DNA of 64,000 bases from Geosiphon pyriformis uo1 (Eukaryota > Fungi > Glomeromycota), in NCBI GenBank assembly GCA_016748015.1, contig JAAOMT010000213.1, positions 523,107-587,106 on the forward strand. Reading direction: 5' to 3'. The notes below the pieces were generated by a model, which was not told where the DNA came from, made no database searches, and saw only the letters and a list, made by a program, of their open reading frames with translations. Shown here in pieces: positions 1-12,193 of this stretch. The position numbers were made by a program, and so were the translations under genes. The stretch's first letter is position 1. Each line of letters begins with the position of its first letter.

Positions 1-178
1 ACCATTTAACCTATATACCGATCACAAAAGACTTATTTGGTTACTCAATAATCCACAATTAGAAGAAAAATATGCGAGATGGAGTACTTATTTGCAACAA
101 TTTCCACTCAAAGTCTATTACAAAGAAGGATCTAAGAACACTAATGTCAACAGTTTGTTGAAGATACCACAAACCTAA
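1..178 (+). pseudogene. C-terminal end of Gypsy RNase H (element C)
   Basis: Translates TIYTDHKRLIWLL...ARWSTYLQQF...NVNSLLKIPQT, stop TAA 176-178. Confidence 0.8.
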
Positions 179-188
179 TTTCAGACCC

Positions 189-1513
189 ATGGACACACTC
201 ACTTATCAACAACTACATCAGTACCTATCAACACTATGTTTTAAGAAGATATTATTTTAACAGAAATGAGATACCATATGAAAACAAGCCCAAAATTATT
301 TTATTTAAGACAACCAATTATAAAGAACAGTGAAAAGGAAACTATATTATATAATATGCATTCTGATTCAACCACAAGACACTTTAACAAAGATGCTACT
401 CTCGAAAGAACACTAAATTTATATTATTGGCCAACAATGTACAAAGACATTTTCGAATATGTGCTCAATTGTGATGCATGCCAGCAAAAAGAAGGAGCAA
501 AATTAACAGAACCACTTTGATCCATTCCAGTTGGAAATCTATTTAATAGAATTGGAATCAATTTGGTTGGACCTCTCTCGATTACATTTCAAGAAAATCA
601 CTATATCACTGTAGCCATAAATTATCTTACAAAATGGCCAGAAGCCAGAGCAATCCAAGTGGCCGATGCCAAAACAGTAGCTGAATTTGTGCATCAAGAC
701 TTAATTTGCTGACATAAATGCCCAAAAGAATTATTATCTGATCAGGAAACACACTTTGTTAATAATACACTAACTGAACTAAGTCAATGGTTTGAAATAA
801 AGAGACTTTTATTGTCACCATACCACCCACAAACAAACAGACTGGTAGAACAATTTAACAGAACACTGTGCAAAGCACTAGCAAAAATAAGTCATGAAAA
901 CAGACAAAAATGAGACTTATTCATACTCTTTGTACTCTTGGCATACCGAACATTAAAACAAGATATGACTCAGTTCACACTATTCAAACTAGTCTATAAA
1001 AGAAAAGCTACATTACCAATTAAATGAGTGATACCATCATATCCAACAAAAACAATCAATGAAGAGAATTTTGAAGCTACCTTATACCAAAAAATGTACC
1101 AGCTAATGGAAACATTGGAAAACAATTGAAGAACAGCAGCTAACAATATTAATTATGCTCAAGAATGACAAAAAGAAAAACATAATAAATGTCTAGCAAA
1201 ACAACCAATGGAATTCAAGATTGAAAACCAAGTACTGTTACATCATACAAAAGCTGAGAAACAGTAGAGTGGAAAGTTTGACCCAAAATAGAATGATCCA
1301 TTCCACATACACAAAGCATTAGAAAATGAAGCTTACAAATTACAATTGGAAGACAGGATTTTAAAGAAAGTAGCACATGGAAATCGGTTAAAAATTTATC
1401 ATGTAAAACAGGAATCATCATCATCAGTACCTTAACTAGAAACACAAATTTTATTAATCAGACCAGAAGATATATCATGAAATCTGAAACCAATCATCAT
1501 CATTGAAATATAA
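189..1513 (+). pseudogene. Gypsy integrase (element C), multiple stops
   Basis: ATG 189; HHCC (MHSDSTTRH...YYWP...CDACQ), core (YLTKWPEA, LSDQETHF, YHPQTN), GPF/Y-type C-domain, tail LKPIIIIE. Confidence 0.9.
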
Positions 1514-1576
1514 ACAACATACAGCAAATTAAATTGGAAAATTCAAATATATATAGCATCCAAAAAGCAACAAAAA

Positions 1577-1945
1577 ATGATTGAAATTTTAACATAGACC
1601 TTTCAGATCAAATTTTAAAATTATCTAAACAATTATTTAAAACAATTCAAAAATCGATATTTCCAATAGAAATTATAATTAATAGAAAAGAGATAAGATA
1701 TAGAAATAAGGGGAAGAGAGGGATGGGCAAAAGTTCAACTAGAACTAATCATTCCTATCCCTACATCCTGTCCGAGAAAAAAATTTTACAAAAAAAAAAT
1801 TAATTTGTCTTGGGTGGAACTTGAAAAAAGTGTGGAGGAATGAGAAATATTTTATAAAAGAAAATACTTGGTTCCCGAGCTCGAATATTACACAAACAAA
1901 GACATAAGAACAGATACATATAATTTTGCAGAAGCTCAATTCTAA
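1577..1945 (+). pseudogene. Remnant of accessory ORF3 (element C)
   Basis: QILKLSKQLFKTIQKSIFPIEIIINRKEIRY matches the ORF3 N-terminal motif of families A and B; frame-disrupted and shorter. Confidence 0.55.
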
Positions 1946-1959
1946 AAAGAGAGGGATAA

Positions 1960-3005
1960 TATTACTTGAGTAAAAAAACTGATCTGAAGTTATAAAAAAA
2001 TGTGACCAAAACATGACATAATACAGAATAGTGTGCAATAACATTGAATAATGTATTATAACTTAGAATAGCATACAATAACATTGAATAATGTGTTATA
2101 ACTTAAGATAGCACAAGATAACGTGTTACAACATAGGATAACACAGAATAACACTAGATAATGTGTTATAACATAGGATAACTAGTAATAACATAGAAGA
2201 ATGAAGCAATAACAGAAATAACAAAGCAATAGTTAGCAATAATGAAACAATCAGAAGCAATCCTGTAAAACCAAAAGAATGTATAAAAGCAAGTAGTGAT
2301 AGAAAGTAGAAAAAAGAACAGATAGATATGAACCACTAGACAAGAAACAAATATCCATCACTCCTCCTCATTTATTATATTTCTATATTCATCTTCTGAA
2401 ATAAATCAATTATTAAAGAAATCAGAATTATGAATTCATATTCTCAAACTGTGTGAAATTTACATAAATTAACTATTGTTTCATACCTTTGTTTTAGGAC
2501 AGATGCTCTTAGCATAACCACCTTGGACTATTAACAATTTGGACTAATTGCTCTTAATCATGGTGATTGACAATACTAATTTATATATATATATTTTTTT
2601 TTTTTTTTCTTATTTTCTTTTGTGGAGTGACAACATAATAAAATTGACTGTCTGAGAATAGGCTTTGTGATAGCCTGGTAAAAGAGGGAGGCTCCTCCTA
2701 AGTTTTGGATATTAACATTATCTTGTTAGCTTATCAGAAAAGCGAAAAGACACCACCAGACCCTAACAACTGTGCTTATTAGCTTAGAGAAGAAAGCTCA
2801 CATTTATGGAAACATTGTAATTGACAAAAAACGAACTCTGTGCCTTATAATCAAAGAATTCAATGAGTAGATTTACATCCAGAAATAGACCTTTAGAAAC
2901 TGATAATTGAGACTAAGCCAACAGAATTATGTGGAAGATACATCACCAATAATTAAAAGCACCAAATATTATTATTTCCATTACCCACCAAGTTTACCCA
3001 TAACA
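1960..3005 (+). repeat. Putative 3' LTR of element C
   Basis: Follows the PPT; starts TATTAC (decayed TGTTAC), ends CCCATAACA; TATA-like GTATAAAAG at 2281; shares the GCCTGGTAAAAGA motif with family B LTRs; partner LTR not in window. Confidence 0.65.
2015..2260 (+). repeat. Degenerate ATAAC/GCAAT tandem array in U3 of LTR C
   Basis: About 10-nt periodic ATAAC units with a roughly 40-nt higher-order repeat (AATAACATTGAATAATGTRTTATAACTTA twice). Confidence 0.8.
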
Positions 3006-3009
3006 GTGG

Positions 3010-3845
3010 TGTTACTCATAGAAATATAGGAAATATATTAGCATAATTATTAGCCAATCAGAAGTAGATATAGTAAATGTGGAATTTCAAGATTCCAGGA
3101 ATTACAGGATTCTCACACAAGGAATTGCAGAATTCCAGAATTCCAGGATTCCTCTTGAAGGAATTGTAGGATTCTAGGAATTCTGGAATTCCTGTCATAA
3201 AGAATTGAGGAATTGAGAAATCTTAATTATGTATATATAGCAGTAGCATTAGAAGCTGAAAAAAAAGGATCTCTGAGTTTAAATGTAATCTAAGCAACTC
3301 TCCAAATCACAGTCATCTAATAAATAACTATTTGTTATCTCAAAAAACCACTTCTACTATCAACTATTTATGTTGATAGTAATTGATACTTAACTACACT
3401 AGAACAATAGTTTTTGATTACGGTTATTGATGGGATATTAAAGTTGCACACTATTTTGGCTTATTTCTTTATATTTCTTTATTTTCTTTATTTTTCTTTG
3501 ATTTTTGTTATTGTGCACTAACCAATTGATTAAAAGTGCTGATTACTGACATCAAGGATTGCCTGGTAAAAGACCCCTGCGAGTGGGTAGAACATGTACA
3601 GAAGATACAGATTACTTACCAGAGGATTGCCGGCCACCAAGCCGAGAAAAGAATTAACAAACTTGTGAGTCTGAAAAGCTATGAATAAAACAACTATTGA
3701 ATCTCTGTCCATTATACAAAGAACTCATTTGGAAAACCTTCAGATACCAACCACTTAAAGATATTATCAACAATGTGAGTAGTTTTTGAGCACCAAGTTA
3801 TGGGTTTATTATTTAATCCAACAACAGAAATTGTCACCTGTAATA
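3010..3845 (+). repeat. 5' LTR of B1
   Basis: TGTTACTCATAG...CCTGTAATA (decayed CA); GGAATTCC-type array at about 3080-3215; TATA GTATATATAG at 3231. Confidence 0.95.
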
Positions 3846-3847
3846 TT

Positions 3848-3864
3848 TGGTGCTCCCTGTAAGG
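3848..3864 (+). promoter_or_regulatory. Primer-binding site of B1
   Basis: TGGTGCTCCCTGTAAGG, 2 nt (TT) after the LTR; B2 copy reads TGGTGCTCTCTGTGAAG; primer tRNA not assigned (Ile-UAU or elongator Met are candidates by recollection). Confidence 0.85.
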
Positions 3865-3907
3865 TATAATCCTACAGAGAACCAGCACCAACAAACACCA
3901 TCCAAAA

Positions 3908-4995
3908 GTGGCAGAATTAGAAAATATAAGAGCAAATCATTTAGAATTTGCGAAATTCTTATTTCAACACTATTGTCAACACTTGAGATTAAACCACAAT
4001 TATATATCCACCAAATCAGCCTTTAATTTCTATGTCAACAAAAAGATTTCCTTTTTGTTAGGAACACCAGTGAATACTAAATCAGCAAGAGAAACTTTCT
4101 ACAGAGAATTAATTCAAAACACCAACCTACCAACAAATCATAATTTTACATCCATTATTACTGAGATTAACAAAGAAATTGAACATCACACCCAACAAAG
4201 ATATCCAATTACATACACTAGTAAAGACAAAGAAAAATTACAAACACCAGCAGTAACTCCCAGAAAAATACAACCACCTACTTGGAAGAAGACAAAAGTT
4301 GAATCACCAACCAATCCATCTTATTACTATACACTCGGAAGCACCATCAACATTTTATCAACAGATGCATCCACATTAAATGCAACATCAGCATTTGGAT
4401 GATTCCCATTCCAAAGTAAACAAAAGAAAACAGAATTATTAGGACCATATAGCAAATACTTCAAAGGATTTAAATCACAATCACCAATGCCATCAGGAAT
4501 TTGATCACCGCCACCTCAACCAGATTTTGGAACCACTACCCCATAGGAACTATTTGAAGAAGAAAAGAAAGAAGAATCAAAAGATCAAAAATTTATTTAC
4601 CAAAACCCAATCACTGAAAACCCGGAAGTTGAAACACCGAATCTTCAAATCCAGCAAAATTTAAATTTAGAAAACCCAGAAATCAAAACCCTGAATATTC
4701 AACCATCACCAAATTAGAACAATCAGAACTCCAATCTAATTAATCAACCAGACTTACTTCTCATTATCATCATTAACCCACCACCAGTTGAACTGATTGG
4801 CCAGCCACTACAACAATCACACCAGCAGATTCAACAGCCACTAATACCACTTTAACAACCACCACAACACAACTTAGATCCAATGGCATATGCACCAATA
4901 GCCAAACTTGAGAAATTCACTGGCAAAGAGGATGACACTTAAGCCTGAATTAATGATGTCGCCAAAGCAATTACTGCCAATAACTGGAATGACGC
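3908..4995 (+). pseudogene. B1 gag-pol segment 1 (N-domain, linker, capsid start)
   Basis: GTG start; MAYAPIAKLEKFTG...ANNWND, broken by the A1 insertion. Confidence 0.85.
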
Positions 4996-6010
4996 TGTTA
5001 CTGGAGGTTTTTGGTCTCTTTTCTTAAATGTTGGTAATGTTAATTTGCTATAAATTCACATTTTCAGGAAGTAGTTGAACCTCCAATAACTGAATTTATC
5101 TTCAAATTATCTCCTATAATTTGAACTGCTGGGCTTATAAGTAGAATGGCCAATTCTTTGCCAGTTACTTTATGTAGTTATGTTGTAGTAAATGTCAACT
5201 CTTTCCCAGGAATTGCTTGTCTGGAAGCTCACTAAAAATGTGTAGTTACTTTGCTGTAAAAGTCAACTCTTCTACAGAAATCTTGTCTGTAGACTACCCT
5301 AATGATTGTAATAAGAAAAGAAAAGAAAAAAATAAAAGAAATGTAAAAGAAATAGAATTTTCTCAAGAGAAACGTTTTCTATCCAGGCCTGGAGTCACTA
5401 ACAGTTTACTGAAATTGGTAGCTAATCAATTTCAAAATGTTAGTTGGGTTTTGAAGATTTTTTCAAGTGCAATAATTAAAGAATTTGGTTTTTTTTCAAA
5501 TTATTTGATATTTATTTCTTTTTGTGTATAAGAACGGTTTTAAAAAATAAATCTAAAGTAAGATACATTTTCCAGAAGAGAAAAGCTCTTTTTTTATACA
5601 ACTTGTTGTAGTACTAGTCTATAAACTTGCACTTTTTCTCTTTGCTCAAATTTCGGCAAACTAAAGATACATTTGATGAACTACAAGTTATTTTGCTGAA
5701 CTATTGATTAATTTGGGTGAACTATTCATAATTTTGGCGAATTTCTATAAATTTCGGCGAATTTTTTATAAATTTCGGCGAATTTCTGTAAATTTCAGCG
5801 AATTTTTGAATGTTACAAAGTTCAGGGTATTGTGTAATTTGATCATTCTACTCTCTGTTATTCTAATTAGATTATTTTAATTGAATTGTGATATGTAATG
5901 ATTGATTAAATAATAAATGATAATTTGAAATAATATTAATATACTGATTAATTATAGGAATTATAAGAGTAATTTCATGCTAATTAATAGCTAAAATTCT
6001 ACTGGTAACA
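4996..6010 (-). repeat. 3' LTR of A1
   Basis: TGTTAC...GTAACA termini; near-identical to 23832-24808. Confidence 0.95.
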
Positions 6011-6698
6011 TAATCTTCTTCTCAAGACTGAGCTCCGTCGAAGTTCAAACACTATCTGTAATATTGAGATAGTGATCTAAAATAATTGAAGTAATCTGGT
6101 CTGAAAATTGTTGAAATTTCAGTTCTGTGAGTTTGCCAATGTATTGGACTTTCATTGGTTGCAGTATTGGATTTTGTAGAACATTTTCACAAGTATTAAA
6201 CAAGTCATAGAGTTTAAGAGCTGCTCTAAGTTTGTAGTGAGTGTTTGTTGGTCCAGCTGCTGTTTTGAATTCATTGTGGATTTGTTTTTGTATAGCTTCA
6301 GGAGAGAGATTTGTTGCTTCAAGTTCTAGTTTTCGTTTATAAAGTGTTTTTCCAATGTGAAAGTATTTATAGATAGAGGTGTGTTCATTGTTTTGTTCAT
6401 TGAGAAGTAGTAAAAGTTTTTGTTGCATTGTAGCATTTGGTGGAATGTCAATAAGGGCAATTAAAAGATTTTCTTCTAGTGCTTGCTTCAAAAGTCTTGG
6501 TAATCTATTCTTAAAGTGACTTCTTGTTTTTTTTCTATAGAGGTGATAGTTCTGTAAATGTTTTGCTACTGGGGCTGTGGTTTTTTTTTGAATGTAATTA
6601 ATTTGACTTTCATTAATCGTTATAGATAAGTCAGGAAGTGTTTTCAAGGCTAACATTAATTTTTGGGATATTTGTTAAATGTTTCGGGAAATAATTAT
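5991..6698 (-). pseudogene. Accessory ORF3 of A1
   Basis: Colinear with A3 ORF3 53346-54053; start decayed to ATA, internal stops. Confidence 0.8.
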
Positions 6699-6841
6699 GA
6701 TAAAATTGACTATTTATGAAAAGAAAGAATAAAGAAAATTATTTTTGGATATGGGGTTTTTATTTGTTTTTGGGTTTGGGTGTTTTGTAATTATTTACTA
6801 TTTTTGTCTTTTTTGTTTTTATTAGAGAATTATTGTAAAAT

Positions 6842-8227
6842 TTAAGTGTTCAAGTTTGGTTGTTGTTCTATTATAATTATTGGTTCTAAATTTTAGGGAA
6901 TATCTTCAGAATTAATTAAAGGGGAATGTATACCAATTTGTGGAATTAATGGTTCAGAATTGTTTCTGGAATGATAGTGTTTCAATCTGTTTCTATGTGC
7001 AACTTTTGCTAATATTTTGTTATTAAGTCTTAACTTATATGATCTATTGCCTAGAATTTCATAAATATAAAATGGTCCATCCTATTTGTTTTCAAATTTC
7101 CCACTCCATTGTTTTTCAGCCTTAGTTCTGTGTAAGAGAACTTTATTTCCAACTTTAAATTCGTTGGTAATAGATGGTAATTTGTTGTCATGTTTTTCTT
7201 TTTGTTGAGCTTGGGAATGTTCAATATGAGTTGCTGCTATTCTTTTTTTTCCTTCTAGTGTACTAAGAAGAGTGTAGGCTCTTCTTTGGAGTGTCTTTTG
7301 AAAGTTTTCTTCATTGATTGGTTGCACTGGGTATGTTTCCACTGTGAAATTAATTGGTAATGTTGCTGTTCTTCCATAAGTAAGATCAAATGGTGTGTGT
7401 TTCATAGTATCTTGTTTTAGTGTTCTGTATGCTAGTAACACTGATGGAATAAAGATATCCCATTCCTGCTCAAAGTCTGTTGAGACTTTGGCTAAAGATT
7501 TACACAATGTTCTGTTGAAACGTTTTACAAGTCCATTTGTTTGAGGGTAATAAGGTAATGATAGAGGTCTTTTGATATTGAACCGTTTACAAATTTCTTG
7601 TATTAAGTTGTTCACAAAATGTGTTCCTTGATTAGATAAGAGTTCAATTGGGCATCCATGTCTACAGATAATGTTTTCATAGATAAAATTTGCTACTGAT
7701 TTTGTGTCTACTCTTTGGATGGCTCTAGCTTTAGGCCATTTGGTAAGATAATCTACTGCAACTGCAATATAACAATTTTCTTGGATTGTAATAGGTAATG
7801 GTCCAACTAAATCAATTCCAACTCTGTCAAAAGGTTGTCCAACTTTGATTGGATTTAAAGGTTCTGTGGGGCGAGTTCCTCTTTTTTTTTAACAGTTATC
7901 ACAAGATTCTACATATTGTCGAATGTTTTTTTGCATGTGAGACCAAAAATAATGTTCAAGGGTTCTTTGAATTGTTCCCTCTTTTCCCAAGTATGCTAAA
8001 GACGGATCTGTGTGCATGTTGTATAAAATTGTTTCTTTTTTATTCTCTTGTACTAATCTGAGTGGCTGGTTTGGTTTTCTGTGATTTTTATAATAGATTT
8101 TGTTCTGGTGTATGAAATATTGTTTTAATTGGTGTTGTAAGTGGTGTTTTTTACTTGGAGACCAGTTTTCTGGCATGGTAAGAGTCTCCAAATAATTTTT
8201 AAGATTGCTGTAATTTCTGGGATTCAT
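6842..8227 (-). pseudogene. Integrase ORF of A1
   Basis: MNPRNYSNLKNYL start, HHCC, DDE core, KWDGPF-type C-domain. Confidence 0.9.
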
Positions 8228-8284
8228 TTTTGTTTGGTTATTTTGTTGGTAAGTTGGTAAGTTGTGGTGGAATTATTGTTGGTA

Positions 8285-11177
8285 TTAATCTTGTCTTATT
8301 CTTGAGAGGCTATCAACATTAGTATGTAGTTTTCCTGGTTTGTGATGTACAATATATCTGTAGTCTGCTAGGAAGTCATTCCATTGAGACTGTTTGGCAC
8401 TTTGTTCAGTTTTCTTTTTATTGAGCCATTTGAGGCCAATGTTGTCTGTTATTATGTCAAATTCTTTTCCATTCTTCAGATATTGTTGAAAATGTTTAAG
8501 ACCCTAAATAACTGCGGCAGCTTCTAATTCAGTTGAACTGTATTTTAGTTCTGTTGGTTTGAGTGTTCTACTAGCATAAGCAATGACTTGTTCTTGCCCC
8601 TTTTCATCTATTTGTGATAAGATGGCACCAAATGCTATGTGTGAAGCATCAGTGGCTAGTTGAAATTGTTTGTTGAAGTCTGGGTAAATAAGAACTGGAG
8701 CTGTTGTTAGCTTTGTTTTGAAGGTTTCAAATGCTTTTTGTTGTTCTTCAGTCCATTTGTATGGCACATTTTTATTGGTGAGATAATTGAATGGTTTGGC
8801 AATTTCTGAGAATTCTTTGATGAATTTTTGATAATAGGAGGCTAATCCTATAAATCTTCGTAGCTCTGTGGTATTTTTTGGGGTTTGGAAGTTTTTGACA
8901 GCACTAATTGTTTCAGGGTTTGGTTTGACTCCATCTTTGCTAACCATGTATCCAAAAAAGATTAAGCTTGTTTTTCCAAAGTGACATTTCTCAATATTCA
9001 ATTTTAATTCTGCTTTCTGTAGTCATTGAAAAACTTCTCGCAGATAAATAAGATGGGCTTCAAAGCTTGGTGAGTACACATCAGTGTCATCAAGGTAAAC
9101 AACTACTGATTACCATAAGAGTCCTTCATATACAACATCCATGAGTCATTGGAATATTGCTGATGCATTGCAAAATCCAAAAGGCATAATATTGAACTCA
9201 TAGTTTCCTCTTTGGGTGGTGAATGCTGTTTTGGGTCAGTCTTTTGGGTCCATTTCGACTTGCCAGTATCCACTTTCCAAGTCTAAAGTTGAGAAGAACT
9301 TGGCTTTTCCTAGAGCATCTAGCATGTCATCAATTCTTGGAAGAGGGTAGGCATCTCCAATTGTAACACTATTCAATTGTCTATAATTGACACAGAATCT
9401 GATTTTTCTATTTTTCTTTTTAACTAAAACTACTGGTGAAGCCCAAGGACTTCTTGATGGTTGAATCAATCCATTATTGAGCATTCTTTGGACCTCTTCT
9501 CTGATAAATTGGTGGCTGGCAGGTGGCATTCAATAGACTTGTTGATGTTTTGGTGGAGCATCTCCTGTATGGATCTGATGTTGAACAATGTTTGTTTTTC
9601 CCAAGTCATTGTTGTCTTTTGCAAATATATCTGCAAATTCAGCTATTAATTGTTTTAATTGTCTTTGTTGTTGAGGTTCTAAGAGACCCATATTGATTCA
9701 AGAGAGTTTTTCTTCCAACAAGTGGTAGTTTTCAGTAGTGGAAATAATATTTGGATTTGGAAGTAGAGTGTGCTTTACAATTTCGATGAAATTAGAGACA
9801 ATTTGAGGATTTTCATCTTGAAAGATATTGCTGTGTATGATTCCAATTTCTAATTTGTTTAATAAGACAATAGGGTAATTATTAAGGTTGTAGAATGTAA
9901 CTCGAATTTTTTTCATTCCTTTGGAAATATAAACGTTTGGAATTGATATTTCATGCTTCAAACAAATTTGTTCATTGGATTCAAAGATTTGTTGGGTAGT
10001 AGTGGGTTTTAAGCAAGTGTAAATTTTGTGATGTTCTCTAAAAAGTGAAATGGTAATTGGTTGAGGAAGTTGAAGAATCTGGTGAGATTCATTTTGTATA
10101 TTAAAAGCTATGTTTACTGGAACTGTAAATTGTCTAGTTGAACCGAAACCTTGAGTTCCTTTTTCACTTTTTCCCAATTGTTTTCTGTTGTTTACTGATT
10201 GTAAACCCGAAATGTTGATTAAGGGTAAGTAAATTGCTTGAGCAATTTTTTCAGCATGTTCAATTTTGAATGATTTGTCTGTCTCATTCTGTAACATGAT
10301 AGTAATGTCTCCAGTGTATTCTGCATCTATAACTCCTCCTCTAATATTGATTCCTTTGCTTGCCAATAATAATCTGAAGGCAATTTGAACCATTGCTCCT
10401 GGTGGAATTTTAAGAGCAATTTTTAGATTGATTTTTGTCAAAGACTTTGGTTAGAGAATCAAAGTATCTTTTCCTGGGTATCTTAGATCATATCCAGCAT
10501 CAATTTCGTGTGCTTTTTCTGGTCTGATTCCTTGGCCATGGTTGTCAAAATATTTAAGTTGTAGAGGTGGTTGCTTTTCAAGAAGATAGATGGGAGTGGT
10601 TGGTAGTTCTTCTACTAGTTCAGATACTCCAAATTCGATTTCATTTTCATTATTTTCATCTGGCAGAGAAATGCTAAGAGCATAACATTCTAAACACCAT
10701 TGGTCATCACAAGGCATGACACATTTTTCACACAATTGAATGTTCATTTGCTCTAATTATTGAATTTGAGCTTCTTTGGTCGGATATGTGTGGCTTGCAA
10801 TTTGGTGGTAGGTTTCTACTTTATCTTCATAATCAAATCCAGCTAATTCCATGGTATACTCAATATATTCAGCTTCTTTCATTTGGTGGACATCTTCTTG
10901 GGTGGCTTTATTGATCAATACTATTGCTAGGTCAAAAATCATTTCAGCATTATGAGGGTAGTAGTAAAGTTTATTGAAAGCACTGTTGTATGCTGTATTA
11001 AATGGTGTTCCTCTTCTGACTTTTTCCGAAATTAATAGAGCATATTGACAAATTTGATCACATACTTCTCCTCTCATTGCTACATCAATCCAATTGCATT
11101 CTTCTAGTAGCATTTCTCTACATGTAAGGCAAGGTATATTGTCCCATTTTCTACTTCTTTTTGGAGATCTAAATCAT
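8285..11177 (-). pseudogene. A1 pol 3' part (Cys-rich domain, dUTPase, RT, RNase H)
   Basis: AGYDL, GVIDAEYTG, GFGST; SPWASPVVLV, YLDD; ATDASH, VIAYASR. Confidence 0.92.
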
Positions 11178-12193
11178 TGTTACCGGAGGTTTTTGGTCTT
11201 TTTTCTCGAATGTTGTTAATGTTGATTTGTTGTGAATTCACATTTCTAGGAAGTAGTTGGACCTTCAGTAACTGAATTTATCTTCAAATTATCTCTTATA
11301 ATTTGAACTGCTGGGCTTATAAGTGGAATAGCCAATTCTATGCCAGTTACTTTGTATAGTTACGTTGTTGTAAACGTCAACTCTTTCCCAGGAATTGCTC
11401 ATCTGGAAGCTCACTAAAATGTGTAGTTACTTTGCTGTAAAAGTCAACTCTTCTACAGGAATCTCATCTGTAGGCTACCCTAATGATTATAGTAAGAAAA
11501 TAAAAAGAAAATAAAAGAAATGTAAAAGAAATAGAATTCTGTCAAGGGAAACGTTTTTAATCCATGCCTGAAGTCACTAACAGTTTATTCTTCTCCTTCT
11601 TTTTTCGAATTACTTAATCCTTTGAAATTGGTAGCTAATCAATTTCAAAACATTAGTTGGGTTTTGAGAATTTTTCCAAGTGCAATAATTAAAAAATTTG
11701 GTTTTTTTTTTGAATTATTTGATATTTATTTTTTTTTGTGTGTGTAGAAATGGTTCTAAGTAATAAATCTAAAGTAAAATACATTTTCTCGAAAAGAAAA
11801 GCTCTTCTTTTATACAACTTGTCATAACACTATTCTATGAACTTGAACTTTACTATTTTCTACAATTTCGCTGAACTAAAGATACATTTCGGCAAACTAC
11901 AAGTTATTTCTGCAAACTATTAGATATTTCGGTGAACTATTAATTATTTCGGCAAATTTCTACAAATTTTGGTGAACTTTTGAATGTTACATAGTTTGGG
12001 GTATTGCATGATTGATTATCACAATTAGGTTATATTTGTGTTGTATACAAATTGGGTTATTAATTAAATGATAATTTCGAACATTTTGCTAATGTAATAA
12101 GTAATAATTTGAAACAATAATATATGCTAATTAATGATAGGAATTATAAGATAATTTTATGCTAAATAATATCTCTAATTTTGTCTGGTAATA
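11178..12193 (-). repeat. 3' LTR of A2
   Basis: Matches 20071-21053; PPT GAGGAGGAAG adjacent on the minus strand. Confidence 0.93.

Larger units (their letters stand above)
1..3005 (+). mobile_element. Ty3/Gypsy LTR retrotransposon family C, 3' portion (5' part outside window), degenerate
   Basis: RNase H tail (IYTDH), integrase remnant, ORF3 remnant, PPT AAAAAGAGAGGGA at about 1944-1956, putative LTR 1960-3005 ending ATAACA. Confidence 0.8.

Noticed and set aside
2015-2260. CRISPR-like array
   Set aside because: Degenerate short tandem units with no unique spacers; eukaryotic LTR context
3557-3630. Hairpin or hammerhead ribozyme in the LTR (CCTGGTA/TACCAG resembles hairpin helix 3)
   Set aside because: Conserved loop A, loop B (AGAAAC) and CUGANGA/GAAA cores are not found; kept only as an unclassified structure
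3530-3894. Short antisense and sense ORFs in B LTR U5
   Set aside because: Blocks shared by B1 and B2 fall in different frames, pointing to nucleotide-level rather than protein constraint
5217-5531. About 104-aa antisense ORF in A LTRs (also 24074-24385)
   Set aside because: Open only in the two A1 LTRs; truncated in A2 and not called in A3; composition mirrors the U-rich tract
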